A stretch of 57,586 bases of DNA, filler included, from Sluysia triapertura (lineage: Eukaryota): NCBI GenBank assembly GCA_046118255.1. It is 4 parts of 4 records of this genome, joined end to end, with 100 filler letters (N's around TTAATTAATTAA, not from the genome) between each part and the next. Parts side by side here need not be neighbours in the genome. Positions count along the whole stretch, not along the records: positions 30,608 to 43,474 come from JBJNIA010076495.1; positions 43,575 to 57,586 come from JBJNIA010009765.1; 2 more parts are not named here. One strand, given 5' to 3'. Below the pieces are notes generated by a model. It was not told the DNA's origin and did not search any database. It saw nothing but the letters and a program-made list of their open reading frames with translations. This document shows, one piece after another, positions 33,661-45,130 of this stretch (within the stretch, counting starts at the first letter, position 1; each line of letters opens with the position of its first letter). The position numbers and the translations under genes were made by a program.

Positions 33661-34887
33661 ATGTCTTATTTAAATGTCACTCAGACTTGTAGTTATTTAT
33701 ACCCAACTTTAAAACAGTTTCATAAGCAGTTTTTACCACTATATGGTTCGTTAGGCAGTATAGTATGTTTTGTATCTATTTCGACGAATATTCTCAATAT
33801 TATAGTTTTAATGCACAGTCGAATGCAAACACCTACTAACAATGTGCTACTATCATTGGCAATATTCGATATGTTAACTTGTATTGTCATATTGCCAGTT
33901 ATTGTTAAATTTTACATTATCGATATATCTATGCTGGTTAATCATAATCTTTGGTATAGAAATTGGACATGGGCTTTGTATTATTTATTGAGTTCAAATT
34001 TGTGTTTGATTTCACATATGAATTCGATGTGGCTTGGTGCATTTTTAGCTGTTTTTCGATACTACATAATTCGTAAATGTATGTTAATATCTATTATTAA
34101 TTATCGAGCCTCATTACAACGAAAACGAGCAAGTTTTTTGATTATGATAAGTGTTATATTTAATTCATTGTTAATAATACCGTATATATTTACACAAACT
34201 ATTCGTGATAAATTGTCAAATGAAACTATAAATAATTTAACTAAATCTGAACAATTGTATCAACCAAATCGAATTAAATCTATGAAATATTTAGATTATT
34301 ATAGTTTTTGGTCATTGTCAATAATAGGTAAATTAATTCCATCTTTAATTATGATGATTTTTATGGCTGCTTTAATGAATTCATTGATAACTAGAGATAA
34401 CAAACGCCGATCCTTAGTTTCCAACAAAAGTGGACGTCACAAAACCATTGGTTGCCATAAACGTACAACGAAATTATTATTATTAATCGTAATATTGATT
34501 TTATTATCAGAATTACCTCATGCTATAATGCAATTTTTATCAAAATTAAACAAATCTTGTTATTGTATTTATTCATATATGGGTGATTTTTTGGATTTTA
34601 TAACATTATGTAAAAATTCACTGACGTTTATTCTTTATTGTTCAATATCAAGTGATTTTCGAAAAATATTTATTTATTACTATATACCTTGTCAATGGCG
34701 TATGCTAATAACACCGACTTGGTCGAAAGATGATTATGAAAACAATTCATCTATGCACGAAGTTATTAAAATGTCTACTAAAAGCAGAGTTTTACCATTG
34801 ACAGTTCGAAAGTCATTCGAGAAGGCCAAATCTGATACGAATATACATGATATTAAAAATGTCAATCTTTATCGCTATATTTATTAA
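33661..34887 (+). CDS. Intronless rhodopsin-family GPCR, myosuppressin/sex-peptide receptor-like (Srw-type; flatworm PROF1-like), 408 aa
   Basis: Seven hydrophobic segments. TM1 TNILNIIVL, MQTPTN, TM2 LAIFD, TM3 LAVFRY, TM5 GKLIP, TM6 RTTKLL...ELP, TM7 FILYCSISSDFR. ATG to TAA uninterrupted. Confidence 0.93.
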   Translation: MSYLNVTQTCSYLYPTLKQFHKQFLPLYGSLGSIVCFVSISTNILNIIVLMHSRMQTPTNNVLLSLAIFDMLTCIVILPVIVKFYIIDISMLVNHNLWYRNWTWALYYLLSSNLCLISHMNSMWLGAFLAVFRYYIIRKCMLISIINYRASLQRKRASFLIMISVIFNSLLIIPYIFTQTIRDKLSNETINNLTKSEQLYQPNRIKSMKYLDYYSFWSLSIIGKLIPSLIMMIFMAALMNSLITRDNKRRSLVSNKSGRHKTIGCHKRTTKLLLLIVILILLSELPHAIMQFLSKLNKSCYCIYSYMGDFLDFITLCKNSLTFILYCSISSDFRKIFIYYYIPCQWRMLITPTWSKDDYENNSSMHEVIKMSTKSRVLPLTVRKSFEKAKSDTNIHDIKNVNLYRYIY

Positions 34888-35481
34888 AATAAAACTATAT
34901 ATTGTTAGCAGTTATTTGATAGGGTTTATTTAAAATAAGTTAATATAAGATAAAAGAAAATAACCAATAATTTACAGTTGAGTAAACGATTTTCGAAAAG
35001 ATTGGGGGAATTTTTATGCCAAGTCAACAAATTAATATTGACTGCAGCATTCGAATTTAGTAAGTTCTTTTCTATTAAGGTTGTTTTAACTCTAGAGGTA
35101 AAATCATTTCTCAAATACTTTATATTTATAAAAATTAAACACCTTTTACTCTTCTTTACTATTAAGAACAATATGTAACCAATTAAATAACGATAATTTG
35201 TTAATCAAAGTTTAATTACATTAACATTTGTGTCTTTTAAAGTACTATAATTACGATAGTGTATGTTAAAAAACGATTACATGAATTTTCTGAGGAATAA
35301 GGTAGTTACATTAAGACCCTCTAACTTTCTAGTACGTTAAAGAGCAAGAAAATCGAAAGTCACATTTCTATATTTGTTATAACAACACCCACTTTGTCGT
35401 AAGTTAAGAGTGAAGAAAACTACAGCACTTAGGAATTTATAACTAGTTCAAATTTATTTCGGTTCGAATACCGACTATTAA

Positions 35482-36158
35482 TACTTGGGGATATCTTTTC
35501 TAATTCCTATCCTATTCTTAATTTTATAAGAGCCCATTCAGTTTGTTAATTTCTGGTACATGGTGCTTATTTAATATTTTGTCTGCCCAAAAATAAAAGA
35601 AACAATCATTACTATTTGATTAGTCAAAACTGTGTATTTATTTTCATAAGTAGTTAATTTCATGATAAAATTATTTTTCAGATTAGTTATCAATTGTCTT
35701 ATAAATAATATTCGACCTAATTTATTCAACAAAGCTCTTCAACGTGAATTGGAACTTGGTCCTAATACTGTCCAGATTTAGTTTCACTGAAACGTCGTGG
35801 TACCATATTTGATTCTATTTTAGGTCCTACAGATGTTTCTGAATCTTATCGCAATCAGCTAACATTCGAATATGGTGGAAAAGTTAGCCAGACCAATATT
35901 AATGATAATAAAACTTTAATACGTAAAAAATCTCTATCTAAAGCAGTGAAATGCGGTTCTAATTTACATACTCAATCGTCGAATCATAGATATGTGAAAA
36001 GTAATGGATCTTATAAAGATTATAAATTATCCAATCAACTGTCGACAAGAGAACAAGAATCAAGTCCAGCGAAATTAATGGCTAATTTCCATGAACATGA
36101 GAGCCAATCATTTATTGATAATAATATATTATCAAATGGTAATAGTTGTAAATTTTAA
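35482..36158 (+). pseudogene. Decayed 3' fragment (last two exons) of a P4-type ATPase phospholipid flippase, ATP10-like
   Basis: YLGISFLIPILFLIL* and NFWYMVLI..IFCLP resemble TM9/TM10. After the acceptor TTTCAG (35680) comes RLVINCLINNIRPNLFNKA (cf. LLPRFVYRVLQGSLFPSPILRA) and a hydrophilic tail to TAA 36158. Stops, a frameshift at ~35765, and the donor GT is lost. Confidence 0.5.
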
Positions 36159-36193
36159 TACTAATGATGATGTTTATGTTAGACTTAATAAAA

Positions 36194-36240
36194 TGGAATG
36201 ACCGGGATTCGAGCCCGTGCGCTCTCGCTGCGCAGTTCCA
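36194..36240 (-). other. tRNA-derived 3'-half fragment (SINE-like)
   Basis: Minus strand ...GCGAGAGCGCACGGGCTCGAATCCCGGTCATTCCA: T-arm with B-box and a CCA-like end. 5' half absent. Confidence 0.45.
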
Positions 36241-36864
36241 TGAATTTCAAACTTATATTTTTAAGTACAAATAATCAAAGATAACAAGAAATGAGATCAA
36301 GTCAATGTAAATTTAATGCCAAAAATTAAAAGTACGTCTTGACACTGGATTTTGGTTCAATAGTTCTAATAGTCTGATTTATTCTGTATATTAATAGAAT
36401 TGGACCAATGTGATATGATGGCTGCCAGTTTGGGAAGAGAGAAAAATATTCGAAATGAGCTATTGTTGGGATTGCCTAAATGTAAATCAGGAGATGAGTA
36501 TGAAACATATAGAATTATAAAATCAAGGAAGAACTGATACAAATTGATGGATTGAACATTATAAACATTGTTGAAATAAGAATCATGATAAAGGAAACGT
36601 CTATAATAATGTTAGCACTTAAAGAATACCTTGGAGTTCCAAAGACCTATATAAGGGGTTGAAATCTTGTTGAAACTTGAGATGAAAATGAAAGACCTTT
36701 AGAGGCATTGAGGTACCTTTGAACTTTAGAACCTTTGGATCATTCGAAGTATTCTTGAAATGTCGATAAGCATTTGAGATCCTTTAGTAACCTTATAAAG
36801 TTTATAAAATATTTAAAATGAAATAAAATCTTTCTTCAATATAATAAAGATAAGTTTAACACTA

Positions 36865-37100
36865 TCAGCCCCGTCTAACAATTTTATTTTATTATAGTCA
36901 ATATTACTATCATAATTCTACATGACACTTTAGGCCTTTACTTCAACATATAAAAAATTAAGACTTTATTTATTTTCACTAATTTCTTTCCAAAAATTCT
37001 CAATTATTTTACATTTGTATATTCAAATTAGAAACGCACACACAACAAATAAACAAATATCTATTGGAAATAAATAAATAATTTTGTGAATTCATTTTGA
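36865..37100 (+). repeat. Dispersed repeat beginning TCAGCCCCGTCTAAC (second copy starts at 43575)
   Basis: Shared start plus CACTTT(T)TAGGCCTTT and CACACACAA blocks. 36700-36800 (minus) also resembles 44600-44740. Confidence 0.5.
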
Positions 37101-38439
37101 GCAAAGTTAAATTATTTACAAAATAAACAAATATATGTTTATATTTATAAGCTCAACTTTACGTATCTTTTTATATTATTATTTGTAGCATAGTTCAGGA
37201 AATTAATAATTGATTTCTGTAATTTCTTTGAGAAATATATTAACTTTATAAATCTACTTTACTTTACTACGAATAAATTGAAATTTTCATTTTCCTGTTA
37301 AATAATTGTTCCTTCACATAATTCAACTAATTTTATCCAATCAGAAATTACAAATTTTCCATATTTCATTAATACTTACGTGTATCAATCACTCTTAATG
37401 TATATGTATTTCGTAATTGTTCTATCCACAATAATCTTCTTTACAGAATCTACTCATCCCATAATTTTACGCCTTGTAAATCTTATCAATACACAATACT
37501 GTTTCTGCTTCTGCAGTCATAATTTCGGTCACAATTTTTTAGTACTCAATCTTATTTATTCCTTGTCAAATTGATGTTGAATCTAAACGTCGTATTTTAG
37601 TATCTTACTAAATAGTTTTATATCATTTAGCAATATATTTTTATTATTTTTAGTTATTGTTATTAATGTGGGAGCATAGTAGTTAAAACTTTATTTAGTA
37701 TTTGAAAAAACAAATAATTTATTTTAAACAATTCATAGTATTAATATTTGATAACCATATGATAGTGAAAATAAATAGTAAAACAAATAATAATGACTTA
37801 ATTAAATAATTAATCCATAAGTTATTCAACGAGTAAATGTGTGTGTTAATTGATATAGGAATTACAGGGTTATGCATGTACAAATTATGTAGTCCATTCA
37901 AAACTGCACGTATGAATCGTTGATAATTTACAAAATAGGAAGGCTTGCACACATGTTTTCCAACAACAACATCGTTAACGAATATTTCTAGATTATATTC
38001 TTTTCTCGTAGAAAAATTCGAAGTTTTGTAAATAAGTATTTTTATTACTTAAATAGGAAATAATATTACACTTAAATTTCTATATAATTTTCAGCTGGCT
38101 TAAGACAGTTATAAAATCCTAGTTCTAAAATCATTTGTTTTACCCTGAGTAATAATGCTTTTATTGATTATTTATCCATTTAATTATATCATTTGTACGG
38201 TAAATTTTAATCTGGCGTTATTATGTTTTAGTTAATATATAAAGAATTATCTGACGTTTTTATTACACGGTTTTTCGTTTAATTTAAACTCCTTGTCACT
38301 TAATTTAATCCTTTAATAACTGACATAAAAATTGTTTTTAGGAAAATAATAAAGATAAAAATTATACTTCAATAAATATAAAAATATTCATTCCATTAAA
38401 AAGATGGTAAAATAAAATTTATTTAATTGAAAGGAACTT

Positions 38440-39040
38440 TCTCAAAGGCTTTGATCAAAAATTTCTTCATATGCGAAAAATATGCGATACAATTTTTAGT
38501 TGATATATCAAAAGAAGAAAAAATGCTATTTTTAGTACTTCCACTGTTCTGCAATTTCTAGATTTAATCGAATTTTTGCATTTTTCAAAAACCACTTCAA
38601 TTGGGTTTAACTGAGGCGTGTAAGATCAAATCGTTTTCTTCAAGAAGAAGAATCAAATAAGCCTATTGTTTTCTTTTTTCAACATTAGCTTCTGTATTTC
38701 GACCTTGCGGAATACGCTTAAAACAAAAATTAAAGCTATCAATCGCTCTGTTAATTGTTGAAATAGAACAATTTATCTTCAAGTTCGAAGATAGTTTTTC
38801 CTTTATTATTTCCAATGTTATTGAAACATCATCTTCAATGATACTTTTTATATAATTTTTTCATTCTCTTCGATGTTCGTTGTTCTTTGTGCACGAGTGC
38901 CAAGTTTGTCAGTTCTTCCACTAATTATAGAAGATACTGTTTTAGACTTTATATTAAAATCTAGAGATATTTCCGTTTTAAAACCTTCGACAGATTTCAC
39001 GTCTAATTTCATTATTAACTGCTGCGTTTTTCATTCAAAA
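38440..39040 (-). mobile_element. IS630/Tc1-superfamily transposase relic
   Basis: YIKSIIEDDVSITLEIIKEKLSSNLKINCSISTINRAIDSFNFCFKR...RNTEANVEKRKQ (HTH region). Decayed. Confidence 0.65.
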
Positions 39041-40457
39041 ATTAAAGTCTAAAATCCGGATTAAATTAAATGAAAACCCTATATTAAATGGTAGTTTATT
39101 TGTACAAAATTAAAACCCTCAGAGTTCATTACTGTAACATTTTTTACAGATACCTAGATACTGCAGGTGTACCTTTAAGTTTAACGTAAAGCACATAGTA
39201 TAGCTGAACTCACAAATAAAAACTAGTACGAAAATAATGACAAAGTTTGCAATATTATTATNNNNNNNNNNNNNNNNNNNNNNNNNNNNNNNNNNNNNNN
39301 NNNNNNNNNNNNNNNNNNNNNNNNNNNNNNNNNNNNNNNNNNNNNNNNNNNNNNNNNNNNNNNNNNNNNNNNNNNNNNNNNNNNNNNNNNNNNNNNGTTA
39401 TAGTTTGTTTTAATAATAGCCTAAAGCCATATTTTACGAAAAATTTTTAAAACATTTGAATTATCTCGAAGAAATAATATCGTTTAACTGATATTACTAA
39501 ACTATTGCAACTTTATGCGATATTTCTGTTAGTTTAGTATTTAAATAACATTTGAAGTTATCTGTGAATTCGTGATCCGGTAATCATCAATGGTTTTTCA
39601 AGTTATTCTAATACATGAAAACATTTCGAACTCCTTTTTCGAATTAGTAGTAGAGAACAAGTAAACAATTTAAAGACATTGAAAAAGATGATTAATTAAT
39701 AGTCGAATATTCATTAAGTATATATATTGAAATTTTTAAAATCGTATTCACTAAATACAATGTGGAAAAACAGGACTTATTTCAAGACTTCTTTAAAACA
39801 TATTACAATTATTTTAATGAACATTTTCATTTTAAAGTCATTATTAAGTATGTGAAAATTACTAAGTGTTGGGATTGATGAAGGATAAAGGTAGATGTAA
39901 GTGTCAGGACACAGGATATCAGAATAAAGTGAACATTATTGAAGAGTTAAGATAGTGTATCATGATGAACAGTAATGGTAATATAGGTATATAAAATACT
40001 TAATTCAAGATAAAATAATGAGAAATACGAAGAAATAACCCTTGACAAGGTTTTATTTGTTAAAATATTAAAGTAAATTTGTTACTTAATTTAATTAAAA
40101 TTTGTTTAATTTGATAATTCCATTAAAAATGTTTGCTCATGATAATAATATTAGATTTCGTGTATAATGATGAGTTTTATTAGTATTTTTAATGATAAAG
40201 TGTTACGAAGCACGTCGACGTAGATAACGTAAAAATTAGTTATATAAAATTAATTTTTATAAGTTAAATATGTTCCTATGTCTAAGTATTAATAAAATAT
40301 ATATCAAATTGATGCTTATAGAGAGATCAATTCAAATATGTTATTGAACTTGACGTGCAACGTACGATTGACGCACAATGTATTAATGCAAAATACTTCT
40401 GTGAGAAATAAATTTATTATTTCATTGATTTTATCGTTAAATTAAGTTGACATATTG

Positions 40458-40458
<1 letters not shown>

Positions 40459-40525
<67 letters not shown>
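40459..40525. repeat. (ATT)n microsatellite
   Basis: Direct reading. Confidence 0.95.
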
Positions 40526-40527
<2 letters not shown>

Positions 40528-40636
40528 AAAGCAATGTAAGAATGATTTAAATTTTAATTAGGTAATGTTAAGAAGATAAGGGAATTGTTTGCCACAAATC
40601 CCATTGTCTTTAGATAATTTTAATGATAATGAAGCT

Positions 40637-40734
40637 GAACATAGATGGAAATTGCTGTCGACATTTAATCGTCGATATTAGTCGGCTTGTTGTCGACTAA
40701 AAGGAAATCGACAGCTTTAATTTCCGTCTTGTTC
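40637..40734. mobile_element. ~100-bp fold-back element (MITE-like)
   Basis: GAACATAGATGGAAATTGCTGTCGA pairs with TCGACAGCTTTAATTTCCGTCTTGTTC. Confidence 0.55.
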
Positions 40735-43474
40735 AATTTCTGATTTTTAATTTCACTAAATGCCGTAAAACTGCTATATAAGAAGTTAAATTTCTGCAAT
40801 AAAAACAAAGCAAAGCTGACATTAAGACGGAGTAAAGAAAAAACGAAAAGTAAGGCAACTTTTCAACTGTAGGGAAGTTGCTTTAGTTCATCTGTGGATA
40901 ATGGTGACACTAAAGTTATTTCTTTAGCAATTGACTAAAATACACAATTTTCTTTTTAGAACAAGGGTTAGTAATACATTTCTTACTGTTTATATTTTTA
41001 ATTAATATGGTTTGAATTAATCACTTGTGCCACCCCTGGTTGTAATTTGTCTTTAAAAAATAATTCACATTTTTATAGAGTAATTTTTATAATGAATAAT
41101 TTATACATATTCTAGTTGTAATCTTGTGATGTTATAACAAATATATCGAGATTTTGAATTTGTTTAGTTATTGAGTTTTAATTTAATAATTTGGAAAATA
41201 AAAGTATTAAATGACACAATATAAGTATTCTCTTGATAACTCGAATTATCAGATCGCATCAAGTGAATTAGATCGAAAATATAAATAAATAAAAGCATTT
41301 GTTGTTTCATATAATAGTTTTACTATTGTCAGAAGTACAATTAACTATTTATCGCGGTAATATGAGTACTACGAATGAGTTACTTGTAACAGTGAACAAT
41401 GTAAAATATTTCCAATCTTTGCTTCTTTTGATTGATGTTTTGTTAAATTATTCTTCTTAGTACACTAGCCTTATGTACCCAATTTCTTACATTAGTATTA
41501 CTTGGCGCTTTTTAAATAAATTCAAAGTATAATTGACTATAATAATATAAAATTGTTACGTAGTTCTTTTCTATGAAGATGTGAATTCGATTTAGATAAT
41601 AGGATTTCTAGTTCTAACAAAAAATAGTGACTCAATAAAAATAATTAAATATGAGCTATAGTAAATAATATTTCAATATGTACATACTATTGTTAAAGAT
41701 TTTAATTTTAGATTAATTGATACTTTACTTGTAGTTTAAAGGAACTTTTAACAACAATTGATCAATTGTTTAGTCGTCACCTTTCGTTTCTTTAACAAAA
41801 TACCAAATAATAACTCGGTATTATTATAATAAATAATAATAAATAAGAATTAGATTAAAGCATAAAATTAATTACCAACGAAAAGAAGTTATTTAAGACA
41901 ATGGAAAGCTATAATTAGAAAAGGAATTTAAGTTTCAATCAAGGTTCACTTAAAGAGTTTATAAGTTATAAAAGGTGTAGTAATTAAACATAATTTCAAA
42001 GGATGTTTCATAAATTTTTTAAGTGATTTATTTTAAGTATAATTTCACTACTCAGAAATTAATGTAGTACAAAAGTACGTACACAAATCTTACGGATACG
42101 TCACATCCAGTATAAATTGCAGATCGTAGGTGAACCCTAAGCAATAATACATTTGCAAAGTTAAGATAATAATTCTTTCTTTTAACAGAAAACAATTATA
42201 CGATATGTATCTTAGTTCTGTTAAGATTCTTGAATTTTTCTGTTGTTTCTTTAGGGTTAATTTAAGGTTTGCTTTATAATCGTTATTAGAACCGTTGCAT
42301 ATATTTATATATATTTTAAATTAACTAAGAATGAAATTAATAAACATGAGTCTTTACCTTGCTTCTTACTTTTACTGTAAATGTCAATAGCCTACCTATA
42401 GTTGTCTCGTAAACCGCACACCATAGGCGAACCCGTTAAGTAATTAATATTTTTGTTTTATATTTATTTAGGCATCCAAAACTTTTGTTTAAAATACGAA
42501 GTATTTATGGCTTCATTGGGCCATAAGTCGCATAAATTTTAATTTTGTAATGATGTTCTAAATTTTTTGTCCTAAATTGAATTTATATTTCAATAAAAAT
42601 GCGAATTTCCAACTGACTTGTCGTCCTTCAGCCCCGTTCTATGAATTTACTGTGAATTCAAATTCGTGCTGTAATAGGAATCACAATTTCTCAAGTTCCC
42701 TTATTAAAATTATTAATGCGTTGACGATCACATTATTTCATCATGAGTATTATTTAATCATTTAAGAATTCTACTTTCAAGCCAATCAGGATTATTTATT
42801 CTTTAAGATTATCAAATCATTATTTTATTAACTTCATAATTTGCAACTAATCATTTTTGCTTTTTCTCAGCTTTGTTTTTCATTAAATTTAATTCTATAT
42901 TAACTTTTCCCGTTAACATTAATAAAAGTAATAATAAAACTTTGTAGCCATAATTTACTCACTCGGAAAATTCATTATAAAGAGTACACACGTACTTATT
43001 CTGCAATTCATTAATAGTAGGTATTCATTAAACCAATTATAAGCGAGTTTTAAAACAATCATGTATTAAGCAAAAAATAAATAGTGCTACAATACATAGA
43101 AAATATAAATTATTTATTGTACTGAATTTAAAATAATTTGTGCAACTGTTATTCTCGATTTAATAATTATACACAATCATTAAAATTTGTTCAAATTTTG
43201 ATTACTAAGACATCTGCGCAACTGGTTTCTCAGTTTTATAGTTATATAAATGTGTCAATTCTGTCAAATTAATTAGCTGTTTCAACATAAATTGTCTAAG
43301 AATTTGATATTATTTTAATCAGTTTGGGTCTATGTTTAATTCAAATTTAAAATACCACTTAACCTTTAATTTGCAAATTTTGAGAAGATTTTTAAGGTCA
43401 ATAAAATCAATTCAAATTTCTATTTTTGACTTTCAAGCTATTTGTATATTGTATCATAAATGTGATTGTCAGCC

Positions 43475-43574
43475 NNNNNNNNNNNNNNNNNNNNNNNNNN
43501 NNNNNNNNNNNNNNNNNNTTAATTAATTAANNNNNNNNNNNNNNNNNNNNNNNNNNNNNNNNNNNNNNNNNNNN
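43475..43574. other. Artificial contig linker (44N + TTAATTAATTAA + 44N)
   Basis: Same 100-nt structure. Both flanks read TCAGCC. Confidence 0.95.
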
Positions 43575-44931
43575 TCAGCCCCGTCTAACTTTTTCATTTT
43601 CAATATATTCAATTATACTACTTGGCACTTTTTAGGCCTTTTACCCCAACAGATCTTCTTAACATTGACATCGCATTATTCATTGTTATTGTATGATTGT
43701 ATGAAAAATTCTTAAGGTTTTCATTTTACGCTTTCTCATCATTCAATTAATCCTAAGTTTCACAATCAAACACTCTCACACACAAATCATCAAAACCTCA
43801 TTGAGAATTAGACCGACAATAACAACTTTGACAATTACATGGTATGATCTGTCAAACTTTATTAGGTACAAAACACAAAAATTTGATAAATGATCAACTA
43901 TTATTTTCTACTCTAATTGATCCATTTTTTACTTGAATTACTTCTCACATTAAAATAACAATCAACAATATGGTTAACACGCATAAAAAATGAATTTAAT
44001 TTTAGTCTTTTAGAATTTAATTAATTTTCGGTTTTTTACACACAATTTGCTAATGAAAAATGTTTAAGGTTCTTATTCTCAAACAAGCCACTCTATAAAT
44101 ATTCCACTCTCACATCTAGATTCTAACCACTCATAGCAATAATCCGATACGCAATTCATTATATTCTCATTATTTTAAGCATAAACATTTCCACATTGCA
44201 TAATTAAGAATTAATTAAAATGTGACTTTGTTCAATATTAAGGTTTTCCTTGCGTGAACTCGGTCAAACCATACATTCATCATAAGGTCTTTTTAAAACA
44301 AATACATACACATTTTCAAATTTAACACAGCATTCCGCATTCAAAAGTTATTCACATAAACATACTTTTCGTAATTAAGTTAATTAATTAATCTATTTTT
44401 AGACTTAATTTTATTCTACGTTTAATGGTTTTATTAAGGTCCTAAAGCTATTTAGTAGTTTATAAGGCATTCATGAGGCTCTATATGTTTTCACATCACC
44501 TTCACCTTCCTGATTCCTTTTTCTACTTCTTTATGTTAATTATTACCATACTAGATTTATCCTTAACACCAATAACAATGCTTTTATTACTCTAAAAGAT
44601 TTTATAAGATTATTCGAAGGTCATCGATGTTTACCAAGGTTTCAAGAATAATTAAAAGTTAATAAAAGTCTCAAGGTTCACATGTTCAAAGTTGCATCAA
44701 TACCTTTAGATGTTTTTCAAGTCAATCTCAAGGGTATTCTATAACTACAATTGTTTCCATCCTCATCATTCCCACTCCAACAATTTTACTGTTTCTATTC
44801 ATCATTTATAAGGATCATTGTTATTAATTATATAAACAGTTTTATTTTCACTTTTTTCTAACAATTATTTAAACATTTTAACATTTAATTTAATTTAATT
44901 TTATTTAATTTAAAATTTCTAATTAATTTAG

Positions 44932-45130
44932 ATTTCCACTAGTTAAAATTCAAGAAGATACAAAAAAAGCTGAAGAAATGTTGCGATCGTGGGAATCCAC
45001 ATATTTATCAACCAGAGCAACAATTGAAGCATCTGGTCATGCAGCTCGTTGGGAATTCGATAGAAAGAAATTATTTGAGAAAACTAATTATATGGCTAAA
45101 ATATGTGAAAATTTAAATTCAATTGCTTAT
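44932..45130 (+). CDS. DNAH10: DNAH10 exon (not in ORF track)
   Basis: TTTAG|A TTT CCA...GCT TAT|GTATGT. Confidence 0.92.

Noticed and set aside
33661-36158. GPCR nested in the last intron of a functional flippase gene
   Set aside because: The preceding flippase exon is downstream of the GPCR and is itself decayed, so it is a pseudogene fragment.
36194-36240. Functional tRNA gene
   Set aside because: Only the 3' half is present, with no D-arm or acceptor-stem partner.
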